From contig CAVXGR010000016.1 of assembly GCA_963761335.1 (NCBI GenBank), positions 288,001-352,000 on the forward strand: DNA of 64,000 nt, written 5' to 3'. The notes beneath the pieces were generated by a model that was not told the origin of the DNA, did not search any database, and saw nothing but the letters and a program-made list of their open reading frames with translations. Below, in pieces: positions 31,459 to 40,333 of this stretch. The position numbers and the translations under genes are program-made. This DNA is from an uncultured delta proteobacterium (GTDB taxonomy: Bacteria; Desulfobacterota; Binatia; HRBIN30; BPIQ01). Position 1 is the stretch's first letter. Each line of letters begins with the position of its first letter.

Positions 31459-31995
31459 ATGGGAAAGTGGCCGCGCGAAGAGCTGGAGCAGGCGTTTCGG
31501 ACGTACTGGCGCACGGGCGCCGCCGGCGAGGATTGGAACGCGTGGTGCGATCTCTTCACCGAGGATGCCATCTACGTCGAGCATATGTACGGGGACATGC
31601 GCGGGCGCGAGAACATCCGCAAGTGGATCGTGCCGATCATGGCCAAGTACCTCGAGATCTACACCGCCTACGAGTGGCACGTGGTGGACGAGGAGCGCGG
31701 CCGCGTCATTCTCTACGTGCAAAACCGCCGCGATCATCCGAGCGGCAAGGGCACCTGCGATTTTCCCGGCGTCACCATCCTCGACTATGCCGGCGGCGGC
31801 CGGTGGAAGCAGGAGGAGGACTACTACTCGATCTCGGGACGCGACCGCGCCATGAAGGAGTACGAAGCTGCTGGTCTCGAATACGACCCCGACCATCGGC
31901 AGAGGGGCACGCGCTTCGACTGGGGGAACGGACCCGCATGGACCAAGGGCGCCCGCACCTACTTCGAACGCCCTTCGGGTGGCGCCGGGGTTTGA
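31459..31995 (+). CDS. SnoaL/NTF2-like family protein
   Basis: 'W.DLFTEDA.Y.EH.YG...GRE.IR.W', 'EEDYY'. Confidence 0.85.
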   Translation: MGKWPREELEQAFRTYWRTGAAGEDWNAWCDLFTEDAIYVEHMYGDMRGRENIRKWIVPIMAKYLEIYTAYEWHVVDEERGRVILYVQNRRDHPSGKGTCDFPGVTILDYAGGGRWKQEEDYYSISGRDRAMKEYEAAGLEYDPDHRQRGTRFDWGNGPAWTKGARTYFERPSGGAGV

Positions 31996-32136
31996 TCGAG
32001 CTGCCGGTAGGTCAGGAGCGCAGAGGGGGACGGGCTCCTTTTCGGCGCAACGGCACTTCACTAAGGCTTTCGGCCTCCGCTGCCGAAAAGATGCCCGCTT
32101 CGAAAATCTGTTGGGTGTGCGCTTCGGGGGCGCGTT

Positions 32137-32258
32137 CCCTCTCCCGCATCACTTGGCGGGAGAGGGTCAGGGTGAGGGCCGTGGAGATTCACGAGCTTTC
32201 AGTGAGACAGGAACCCCTCACCTTGATCCTCTCCCCGCGGAACGATGCGGGGAGAGGA
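32137..32258. repeat. CCCTCTCCC...GGGAGAGGG palindromic repeat doublet
   Basis: ccctctcccgc-atcacttg-gcgggagagggtcagggtgagggg-like arm and inverted copy cccctcacc...cctctccccgc-ggaacgat-gcggggagagg. Confidence 0.8.
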
Positions 32259-32348
32259 GACCCGCCCCCGCGGCGCGGAAGTATCATCGCAAGCGATCAG
32301 TGAATCAGGACGCCGTCCATTTTCATCGTCTGTTGGTGAGCCGCAGGC

Positions 32349-32969
32349 TCATGACGCACTGTCCCCTTCTGCGCCTCCGTCGCGGATGGGCGGCTGTGGT
32401 TGCAGGCGCAGCGGGATGACCCCGGCCCAGCAATCGAGTGCCAGGTCCGCCTCGTCGTCGATGGGCCCGCCGCTGCGGATTTTCGCGGAGCACTCGTCGA
32501 TGGGCAGGCGGAGAACGCTCGTGGCGCGCAGCTCCTGCGCCGACGGCGGGCGCACCTCGCTCCAGCGGCCCGGCTGCATGTGCTCGACGATCGCTTCGAG
32601 AGCCGCGAGGCGCTCGGCGGCGTCGGTTACCTCGACGGCCCTTCCCAGGACGACGACGGATCGATAGTTCATCGAGTGGTGGAAGGCCGAGCGCGCCAGG
32701 ACCAGGCCGTCGAGCAAGGTCACGGTGACGCATACCGGCGCACCGGAGATCGCGCGCAGCATGCGGCTTGCCGCTGAGCCGTGCACGTAGAGCTGATCGC
32801 CGACGCGGGCGTAGGTCGTCGGAATCACATAGGGCTGACCCTCGGCGACGAAGCCGACGTGGCACACCAGGCCCTCGTCGAGGATCGCGTCGATCGTGCC
32901 CCGCTCATAGGAGCCGCGCTGTGGAAGCCTGCGGAGCCTCGTCCGTTCACTCGGCGGTGTCGTCTGCAT
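32349..32969 (-). CDS. Pyridoxamine 5'-phosphate oxidase-like flavin-binding protein (alternative start 32978)
   Basis: 'ILDEGLVCHVGF', 'LYVHGS', 'DGLVLARSAFHHSMNYRS'. Confidence 0.92.
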   Translation of the reverse strand: MQTTPPSERTRLRRLPQRGSYERGTIDAILDEGLVCHVGFVAEGQPYVIPTTYARVGDQLYVHGSAASRMLRAISGAPVCVTVTLLDGLVLARSAFHHSMNYRSVVVLGRAVEVTDAAERLAALEAIVEHMQPGRWSEVRPPSAQELRATSVLRLPIDECSAKIRSGGPIDDEADLALDCWAGVIPLRLQPQPPIRDGGAEGDSAS

Positions 32970-33119
32970 GTTGTCCATCCGCGCTCGGATACGATTTCCC
33001 CCGGCGACTGACAACCGCGCCGTTGCCACGATCGGCGAAGGGCGGGGACTATCCTTGCGGGGGATTCCGCGTCGCGGAACACTCGATGGAAGCCCATACT
33101 CGACTCCGAAGCCCCTGAA

Positions 33120-33266
33120 AGCGGCTGGCTCGATTCTCTGTCGCGCGCCGTCGGTGCCAACCGCCTCGTCATCGCGCTGTCGGTAGCGCGCCTGAGCGAC
33201 GCCCTCGGCAACAGCGTCCTCTTCATCGCCATTCCGCTCTACGTCGCCAAGCTGCCCGCACCGCTC
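33120..33266 (+). pseudogene. N-terminal remnant of an MFS transporter
   Basis: Frame +3 reads 'GANRLVIALSVARLSDALGNSVLFIAIPLYVAKLPAP' (MFS TM1-like). No in-frame start; ends just before a REP doublet. Confidence 0.55.
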
Positions 33267-33311
33267 CGCGTGACAGCCCCCGGAACCCGCGCGGCAGCGG
33301 GTATTTGCCGA

Positions 33312-33447
33312 GTAGAAGCGGCGTCTCGCCGCTTCAGGCGCGGGTGTCGTTGGACCCGGGTGGCGCTCGGGTGTGCCGGGTAGAAGCCGCGCGGGAGATG
33401 AGCGGCGCCTCGGGCTCCGCAGTGACGAGGCGAGACGCCTCGTCTAC
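33312..33447. repeat. Inverted GTAG-REP doublet (REPIN/BIME-like)
   Basis: GTAGaagcggcgtctcgccgcttc (33312-33335) and inverted gacgaggcgagacgcctcgtCTAC (33424-33447). Confidence 0.75.
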
Positions 33448-33533
33448 CGGCTCGGCCGGCGGAGCCGATGGTTGCGTCCGGCCTGCTCGGGCCGCTAGAG
33501 TCGTTCTCGAAACCAGCCGGCAGGAGGGAAACG

Positions 33534-35105
33534 ATGCGCTGTCCACACTGCAATGGGCCTCAGTCTGAGCATCTGGTGCGCGTCCGCCGGCGCTGGGTCG
33601 CGGCGGCGTACGCCGTCGCCCTTCTGCTGTGCTTCTGGCTCACCGGCGACCTGCTGCAGAATCTCGCGGAAGGTGTGGAGCGCAGTCAGCTGCCGCTGTG
33701 GAAGCTCTGGGTTCCCGCCGCGGCCGTGCTTGCCAGCGTAGGGCTCGGCTTCATGCGCCTGCGGCGGTCGGTCTGCGGCGACTGCGGGCAGGCGGGGACC
33801 TCCTGGCTGTGGGCGCCACTCAGCGCCTCGCAGGAGGCGCGCGCCGAGGCCGGGTCGACGCGGCGGGCGTTTCTGCGCGGTTTCGGCGCCGCCGGGGCGG
33901 CGACGGCGGCGGGTGTCGGCGGCCTCGCGGTCGCCGTGGGGCGCGACTACGGATGGATCCCCGTCGCCGAAGACTTCTTTCTGACCGACGTGCAGAAGAC
34001 GGCCCCGGAGGTCAAGCCGGCATGGGTGGGGTCGCACGTGCGCCACTATCGCCGCCTGGGGCGCACCAACGCCATGGTTTCCGACATCTCGCTCGGCTCC
34101 GGGCAGATCGATGACGTCGCGGTGGCACGCCTGGCGATCGAGCGCGGCGTCACCTACTTCGATACGGCACCCGACTACTCCAACACCAACTCGGAGCGCG
34201 TCCTCGGCGAGGCGATGAAGGGGCATCGCGACAAGATCTTTCTCGCCACCAAGTTCTGCGTCGCCGACGGCCACCTGCCCAACGACACGCCGGTGCCCAA
34301 GGTCATCGAGGCGGTCGAGGGAAGCCTCAAGCGCCTGCAGACCGACCACGTCGACCTGATCCACATCCATTCATGCGATCAAGTCGAGCGCCTGATGGCG
34401 CCGAACATCCACGAGGCCTTCGACCGCCTGAAGGAGCAGGGCAAGGTGCGCTTTCTCGGAGTCAGCACCCACACGCCGAACCTCGAGGAGGTCGCCAATA
34501 CGGCGATCGACTCGGGGCGCTTCGACGTGATGATGATGGCCTACCATTTCGGTATGTGGCCGCACTACGGGCACATCCTCGAGAAGGCGAAGAAGCACGA
34601 CGTCGGCGTGGTGGCCATGAAGACGCTCAAGGGTGCCAAGCACGCCAACCTGGCGGAGTTCACCGACGCCTCCAGCTCCTACGCCCAGGCGGCGTTCCGC
34701 TGGGTGCTCTCCAACCCCAACGTCTCCTGCCTGGTGATCTCCTTCTTCAAGCCGCAGCACTGCGACGAGTACCTCTACGCCTCGGGAGCCCTGCCGAAGC
34801 CGCAGGACGTCGCCCTGCTGGAGCGCTACGACCGGCTGATCGCCGGCGACTACTGCCAGCCGCACTGCGGCCTGTGTCTGGACTCCTGCGCCTACGATCT
34901 GCCGATCAACGACGTCCTGCGGCAGCGGATGTACTTCAAGGACTACGGCTGGCAGAAAGAGGGGATGCGGCTCTACGCGGCGCTCGAGCGCAATGCTTCG
35001 GCGTGCGCTTCCTGCGCCGCTCCCTGCGCGGGGCATTGCCCGATCGGGGTTCCCATCCGCGAGAAGATGATGGACGCGCACCGCGTCCTCCGCTTCCCGG
35101 TCTGA
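33534..35105 (+). CDS. Aldo/keto reductase with C-terminal Fe-S motifs and N-terminal CxxC-2TM-CxxC plus internal RR motif
   Basis: 'YFDTAPDY', 'ATK', 'SLKRLQTDHVDL', 'GVSTH'; Cys clusters 'CQPHCGLCLDSC' and 'CASCAAPCAGHCP'; 'STRRAFL'; RBS ggaggg. Confidence 0.88.
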   Translation: MRCPHCNGPQSEHLVRVRRRWVAAAYAVALLLCFWLTGDLLQNLAEGVERSQLPLWKLWVPAAAVLASVGLGFMRLRRSVCGDCGQAGTSWLWAPLSASQEARAEAGSTRRAFLRGFGAAGAATAAGVGGLAVAVGRDYGWIPVAEDFFLTDVQKTAPEVKPAWVGSHVRHYRRLGRTNAMVSDISLGSGQIDDVAVARLAIERGVTYFDTAPDYSNTNSERVLGEAMKGHRDKIFLATKFCVADGHLPNDTPVPKVIEAVEGSLKRLQTDHVDLIHIHSCDQVERLMAPNIHEAFDRLKEQGKVRFLGVSTHTPNLEEVANTAIDSGRFDVMMMAYHFGMWPHYGHILEKAKKHDVGVVAMKTLKGAKHANLAEFTDASSSYAQAAFRWVLSNPNVSCLVISFFKPQHCDEYLYASGALPKPQDVALLERYDRLIAGDYCQPHCGLCLDSCAYDLPINDVLRQRMYFKDYGWQKEGMRLYAALERNASACASCAAPCAGHCPIGVPIREKMMDAHRVLRFPV

Positions 35106-35116
35106 AGGCGACTCGT

Positions 35117-35503
35117 ATGGAAGCTTTCGGCCGCTTCATGGTGACCGCCTTCTTCGCCGTCGTCTTTCTGCAGTCGGCAGCCGACAAGTGGCTCGATCGC
35201 GAGGGAAACCTGGCGTTCTTCACCGAGCACTTTCGCAACAGCCCGTTTCCGGCGGAGACGGTGCCGCTCCTCTTCTGGATGCTGACCGCGGTCGAGTCGG
35301 CCGCAGGAGTGCTCTGCGCCCTGGGGATTGTCACCGGCAGCTTCGCCGACCCCGGCTTCGGCATCGCCGGGCTCGGCATCTTCTTCGCGGGGCTGGCGCT
35401 TCTCGCGCTGCTCCTCGGACAGCGGCTGGCGAAGGACTATGCCGGCGCTGCGGTGGTGGCGGCGTACTTTGCCGTGGCGCTCCTCGGCATCGCTTTCTTC
35501 TGA
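35117..35503 (+). CDS. DoxX family membrane protein
   Basis: 'FLQSAADK..D..GN..F...HF..SP', 'GQRLAKDYAGAA'; about 4 TM segments. Confidence 0.82.
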   Translation: MEAFGRFMVTAFFAVVFLQSAADKWLDREGNLAFFTEHFRNSPFPAETVPLLFWMLTAVESAAGVLCALGIVTGSFADPGFGIAGLGIFFAGLALLALLLGQRLAKDYAGAAVVAAYFAVALLGIAFF

Positions 35504-35510
35504 AGAAGTA

Positions 35511-35591
35511 GCTCGGTGTCTCAGTATCTCGGTGATCTCAGTTTCTCGATATTTCCGCAGCCAGAGCCACCGAGTCACTGAGCCACCGAGC
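35511..35591. repeat. 9-nt periodic inverted repeat between convergent genes
   Basis: gctcggtgtctcagtatctcggtg / caccgagtcactgagccaccgagc (21/24). Confidence 0.7.
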
Positions 35592-35601
35592 CCCTAAATG
35601 G

Positions 35602-36618
35602 TCAGACCTCCCAGGTGTCGCCGCGGGCGAAGACCTCGTCGAGGTCGCCCTTTCCCTGGCGCTCGATCGAGGTCTCGATCTGCTTGGCGGCGGCCGCGTC
35701 GTAACAGGGCCGCTCGACATTGCGAAAGACGCCGAGCGGCATGGGAAAGGCCGGCGGCTTCATGGTGCTCAGCATGAAGGCGAGAACCGGGTCGCGCTCG
35801 TCGTGAACCACGAGATCCTTCTCGGTCACCCCGCCGCCGAGCGGCACCACCTCGAATGAATGGCCCTTCAGGCGGATGCCCTTGTCGCGGTTCTTGCCGA
35901 AGACCAGCGGTTTGCCGTGCTCGAGCACGACCACGTGGTCGGCCTTGGTGTCCTTCTCGGTGAGCGCCGCGAAGGCGCCGTCGTTGAAGATGTTGCAGTT
36001 CTGCAGAATCTCGATGAAGGCGGTGCCGCGGTGCTCGTGGGCGCGGCGCACCACGTCTTGGAGGTGCTTGGTCTCGACGTCGACGCTGCGGGCGACGAAG
36101 GTGCCCTCGGCGCCGAGCGCCACGGAGATCGGGCTGAAGGGATGATCGATGGAGCCCATCGGCGTCGACTTGGTGACTTTGCCGAACTCCGAGGTGGGCG
36201 AGTACTGCCCCTTGGTCAGTCCGTAGATGCGGTTGTTGAAGAGCAGGATATTGAGGTCGATGTTGCGCCGCAGGGCGTGGATCAGATGATTGCCGCCGAT
36301 GCTGAGGGCGTCGCCGTCGCCGGTCACCACCCACACCGACAGCTCCGGGCGGGTGACCTTGAGGCCGGTGGCGATCGCCGGGGCGCGGCCGTGAATGGTG
36401 TGGAAGCCGTAGGTGTTCATGTAGTAGGGGAAACGGCTCGAGCAGCCGATTCCGGAGATGAACACGAAGTTCTCGCGGGGCACGCCGAGGTCGGGGAGAA
36501 CCCGCTGTACCTGCGCCAGAATGGCGTAGTCCCCGCAGCCGGGGCACCAGCGCACGTCCTGGTCGCTGACGAAGTCCTTGCGGGTCAGTTTGGGGGGAGC
36601 TGCGGCAACCGATGACAT
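35602..36618 (-). CDS. korB: 2-oxoacid:ferredoxin oxidoreductase beta subunit
   Basis: 'WCPGCG', 'SGIGCSS', 'GDGD...IGGNH', 'YGLTKGQ.SPT'. Confidence 0.95.
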   Translation of the reverse strand: MSSVAAAPPKLTRKDFVSDQDVRWCPGCGDYAILAQVQRVLPDLGVPRENFVFISGIGCSSRFPYYMNTYGFHTIHGRAPAIATGLKVTRPELSVWVVTGDGDALSIGGNHLIHALRRNIDLNILLFNNRIYGLTKGQYSPTSEFGKVTKSTPMGSIDHPFSPISVALGAEGTFVARSVDVETKHLQDVVRRAHEHRGTAFIEILQNCNIFNDGAFAALTEKDTKADHVVVLEHGKPLVFGKNRDKGIRLKGHSFEVVPLGGGVTEKDLVVHDERDPVLAFMLSTMKPPAFPMPLGVFRNVERPCYDAAAAKQIETSIERQGKGDLDEVFARGDTWEV

Positions 36619-36621
36619 CTC

Positions 36622-38490
36622 TCACGCCTCCAACATGCGGTCGATCTTGCTGGTGATCTCGCCCACCTTGAACGGCAGGCCCTGGACCTTGTTGAGCCCC
36701 ACGGCATCGACCAGATATTCGGCGCGCAGCAGGCGCACCAGCTGTCCGAGATTGAGCTCGGGAACGAGGATCTTCTTGAAGCGGCCGAGAACATCACCGA
36801 GGTCCGCGGGCAGCGGGTTCAGGTAGCGCAGGTGTGCATGCGACACCGACTGGCCGCGCTTCTGGGCCCGCTGCACGGCCGTGCGGATGGTGCCGTAGGT
36901 GCTGCCCCAGCCGACCACCAGCAGGTCGCCGGACTCCGGGCCGTCGACTACGGTGGGCGGTATCTCGCGGACGATGCCGGCGATCTTGCGGGCGCGGACG
37001 CGCACCATCTGCTCGTGGTTCATCGGCGCGTAGCTGACGTTGCCGGTCAGGTAATCCTTCTCGAGGCCGCCGATGCGGTGCTCGAGCCCGGGAGTTCCAG
37101 GCGCCACCCAGGGGCGAGAGAAGGTCCCCTCCTGGCGCAGGTAGGGAAAGAAGCCGTTCGCATCGGTGCGGAAGTGGACCTCGATCTTGGGCAGCTCGTC
37201 GGCTTTCGGGAGCAGCCACGGCTCGGCGCCGTTGGCGAGGTAACCGTCGGAGAGAAAGATCACCGGGGTCATGTACTTGATGGCGATGCGCACCGCCTCG
37301 AATGCCATCTGAAAGCAGTCAGCGGGCGTGCAGGCGGCGATCACCGGCACCGGCGAGTCGCTGTTGCGGCCGTACATTGCCATGAGCAGATCCGCCTGCT
37401 CGGTCTTGGTGGGCAGGCCGGTGCTCGGCCCGCCGCGCTGGATGTCGGCAATCACCAGGGGCAGCTCGACGCTGACGGCCAGGTTCACCGTCTCCGCCTT
37501 GAGGCACATCCCCGGGCCGCTGGTCGTGGTGATCGCCACCGCGCCGCCAAAGGCGGCGCCGAGCGCCGCGCCGACGCCGGCGATCTCGTCCTCGGCCTGG
37601 AAGGTGTAGACGCCGAACTCCTTGTAGGTCGCCAGCTCGTGCAGGACGTCGCTCGCCGGCGTGATCGGGTAGGTGCCGAGGAAGAGCTTCAGGTCCGCCT
37701 GGCGCGCCGCGGCGACGAAGCCGAGAGCGGTCGCGGCGTTGCCGGTGATGTTGCGGTACTTGCCGGGAGCAATGCTGGCCGGCTTGATCTCGTACGACGT
37801 CTGGAACAGCTCGGTTGTCTCGCCGTAGTTCCAGCCCGCCTTGAGGGCCCTGACGTTCGCCTCGACCAGCTGCGGGGTCTTCTTGAAGCGGCTCTCGATC
37901 CAGCGGGCGCTCGGCTCGATGGGGCGGTGGAAGAGCCACGAGGTGAGACCCAGGGCGAAGAAGTTGCGGCAGCGGGTGACGGTGCGCGCCGGCAGGTTCA
38001 TGTCCTGCAAGGCCAGCCCGGTGAGCTTGGCGATGTCGACCTGGAACAGCTGGTACCGATCGAGCGAGCTGTCGGTGAGCGGGTTGCTCGCGTACTCGGC
38101 CTTTTTCAGGTTCTGCTCGTTGAAGGTGGATTGGTCGACGATCAGGATGCCGTTTGCCCGCAGGTCGCCGAGGTTCACCTTGAGCGCCGCGGGATTCATC
38201 GCCACCAGCACGTCGGGAGTGTCACCCGGGGTGAAGATCTCGCGGTTGGCGAAGTTCAGCTGGTAGCCGCTGACTCCGGCCAGGGTTCCCGCCGGAGCGC
38301 GGATCTCGGCCGGAAAATCCGGCAGGGTGCTCAGGTCGTTGCCGGCGAGCGCCGACTCGTTGGTGAACTGCATGCCGGTGACCTGCATGCCGTCGCCCGA
38401 GTCGCCGGCGAAGCGGATGACGACGTTGTCGCGCTCTTCAACCTTCTTGGCCGAGGCGCCCGCCCCGGCCTGATCCACGGAAGCTACCAT
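36622..38490 (-). CDS. korA: 2-oxoacid:ferredoxin oxidoreductase alpha subunit
   Basis: 'FAGDSGDGMQ', 'YPITPAS', 'QAEDEIA', 'TSGPG', 'QRGGPSTGLPT'; RBS aggagg. Confidence 0.95.
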   Translation of the reverse strand: MVASVDQAGAGASAKKVEERDNVVIRFAGDSGDGMQVTGMQFTNESALAGNDLSTLPDFPAEIRAPAGTLAGVSGYQLNFANREIFTPGDTPDVLVAMNPAALKVNLGDLRANGILIVDQSTFNEQNLKKAEYASNPLTDSSLDRYQLFQVDIAKLTGLALQDMNLPARTVTRCRNFFALGLTSWLFHRPIEPSARWIESRFKKTPQLVEANVRALKAGWNYGETTELFQTSYEIKPASIAPGKYRNITGNAATALGFVAAARQADLKLFLGTYPITPASDVLHELATYKEFGVYTFQAEDEIAGVGAALGAAFGGAVAITTTSGPGMCLKAETVNLAVSVELPLVIADIQRGGPSTGLPTKTEQADLLMAMYGRNSDSPVPVIAACTPADCFQMAFEAVRIAIKYMTPVIFLSDGYLANGAEPWLLPKADELPKIEVHFRTDANGFFPYLRQEGTFSRPWVAPGTPGLEHRIGGLEKDYLTGNVSYAPMNHEQMVRVRARKIAGIVREIPPTVVDGPESGDLLVVGWGSTYGTIRTAVQRAQKRGQSVSHAHLRYLNPLPADLGDVLGRFKKILVPELNLGQLVRLLRAEYLVDAVGLNKVQGLPFKVGEITSKIDRMLEA

Positions 38491-38569
38491 GGTAGATGGA
38501 TTTCCTCCTACTGGTAAGCCAGTGCTGTCTGGTTCCGCCCCACACCCGCCACAATCGACTGCCCGAATA

Positions 38570-38598
38570 CGTATAGCGGCGGGGGGGCTTCTTTTCAA
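38570..38598 (-). promoter_or_regulatory. Putative sigma70 promoter of korAB
   Basis: TTGAAA-17 nt-TATACG on the minus strand. Confidence 0.55.
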
Positions 38599-38663
38599 CA
38601 ATGCTTGATGGGGGGCTGTGCGAAGGAGGTAGCTGCCCCAAGGGAAAGGGGGCGGGGCCGTTC

Positions 38664-38780
38664 TCATTCTCATTCCCGGTTCTCATACCGTCGTCTTCCA
38701 TTTCTGTTGAGCGGTGCGGGACGGCATGCGGCGTTCAGAGCCATGGAAAACGACGGTATGAGAACAGGGAATGAGAATGA
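38664..38780. repeat. Long inverted repeat element, copy A
   Basis: 38-bp arms (36/38): tcattctcattcccggttctcataccgtcgtcttccat / atggaaaacgacggtatgagaacagggaatgagaatga. Confidence 0.88.
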
Positions 38781-38795
38781 AGATCGAGAGCCCTC

Positions 38796-40325
38796 TCAGG
38801 CGCCGGCGAGGCTCCCGAGCACCTCGAACGGCGTGGCCTCGGGCAGCTCGGGGCTGGCGGTGATGGTGATGTGCTTGCCGGTCTCGCGTTCGATCTGCTC
38901 GACCCCGCGCCGCTCGGCGCCGGTCAGGAAGCGGGCCACCTCGGGATGCGTCTTCACGGTGATGCGCGCCAGGTCGGGATTGCGGCTGACCTCGCGGCGG
39001 ATGTGGCGCAGGATGTCGTAGGCGACGGTCTGTACGGCGCGCACCCGGCCGGTGCCGTCGCAGTGGGGGCACGGCGAGCAGAGCAGCTGCGGCAGGCTCT
39101 CGCGGGTGCGCTTGCGGGTCATCTCCACCAGGCCGAGCTCGGAGAGCCGCAGGATGTTGGTGCGGGCCTTGTCCTTCTTCAGCGCCTCGGTGAGGGCGTC
39201 GTACACCTTGCGGCGGCTGGCGGGCTGCTCCATGTCGATGAAGTCGATGATGATCAGGCCGCCGATGTTGCGCAGCCGGAGCTGCTCGACGACCGTCTTC
39301 ACCGCTTCCAGGTTGGTCCGCAACGCCGTCTCTTCCTGGCTGTGCTTGCCGACGAAGCGGCCGGTGTTGACGTCGATGACCGTCAGCGCCTCGGTGTAGT
39401 CGATGATGAGGTAGCCGCCGGACTTGAGGCGCACCTGGCGATCGAGTGCTCGGGCGATCTGCGTCTCCAGGTTGAATCGATCGAAGATCGGCTCGGCGCC
39501 TTCGTAGAGGGAGACGCGGGCCACCATGCGCGGCATCACCGTCTCGATGAAGGAGAGGATGCGCTGGTAGTCGCGCGGGTTGTCGACCAGCACGCGGTGC
39601 ACCTCGGGGGTCACCAGATCGCGGATGACCCGCAGGATGAGATCCATGTCGTAGTGCAGCAGCGCCGGGGCGCCCACGCTCTCCGCCTTCTTCGAGATGC
39701 GGCTCCACAGGCGCGTCAGAAAGCGGAGGTCGGCGACGATGTCGCGCTTGGTCTGCCCCTCGCAGGAGGTGCGCGCGATCATCCCGCCTTCCGGCGGTCG
39801 CAGCGAGGCGATGATCTCGCGAATGCGCTCCCGCTCGCGCTCCTCGGCGATGCTGCGGGAGACACCGAGGTGGGTATTGCCCGGCAGGAAGACCAGATAA
39901 CGACCGGGGAGCGAGATCTGCGCGGTGATGCGCGCGCCCTTGCCGCCGATCGGCTCCTTCGCCACCTGCACCAGCAGCTCGTTGCCCTTCTTCAGGAGCT
40001 CCTCGATCGGGCGCCGCGCCAGGTCGCCGTTGCCGCTCGCGGCCTCGAGCGCCGCCGCCGGGGACTCCGCCTCTTCGTCCGAGGAGAGCGCGGCGGACTC
40101 GGGATAGAGATCAGAGACGTGCAGGAAGGCGGCCTTCTCCAGGCCGATGTCGACGAAGGCCGCCTGCATCCCCGGCAGCACGCGTGTGACCCGGCCCTTG
40201 TAGATGTTGCCGGCGACCCCGCGCGAGTGCGAGCGCTCGATGAAGACCTCGAGGAGTCGCGTGCCGTCGAGCAGCGCCACCCGCGCCTCCTGCGGGGTCG
40301 AGTTGATGACGATCTGCCGGGACAC
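38796..40325 (-). CDS. rng: Ribonuclease G (Rne/Rng family)
   Basis: 'GNIYKGRVTRVLPGMQAAFVDIG', 'IDVNTG', 'RLRNIGGLIIIDFIDM', 'CPHCDG.G'; no long RNase E C-terminal tail. Confidence 0.92.
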   Translation of the reverse strand: MSRQIVINSTPQEARVALLDGTRLLEVFIERSHSRGVAGNIYKGRVTRVLPGMQAAFVDIGLEKAAFLHVSDLYPESAALSSDEEAESPAAALEAASGNGDLARRPIEELLKKGNELLVQVAKEPIGGKGARITAQISLPGRYLVFLPGNTHLGVSRSIAEERERERIREIIASLRPPEGGMIARTSCEGQTKRDIVADLRFLTRLWSRISKKAESVGAPALLHYDMDLILRVIRDLVTPEVHRVLVDNPRDYQRILSFIETVMPRMVARVSLYEGAEPIFDRFNLETQIARALDRQVRLKSGGYLIIDYTEALTVIDVNTGRFVGKHSQEETALRTNLEAVKTVVEQLRLRNIGGLIIIDFIDMEQPASRRKVYDALTEALKKDKARTNILRLSELGLVEMTRKRTRESLPQLLCSPCPHCDGTGRVRAVQTVAYDILRHIRREVSRNPDLARITVKTHPEVARFLTGAERRGVEQIERETGKHITITASPELPEATPFEVLGSLAGA

Positions 40326-40333
40326 TGTCCTCG

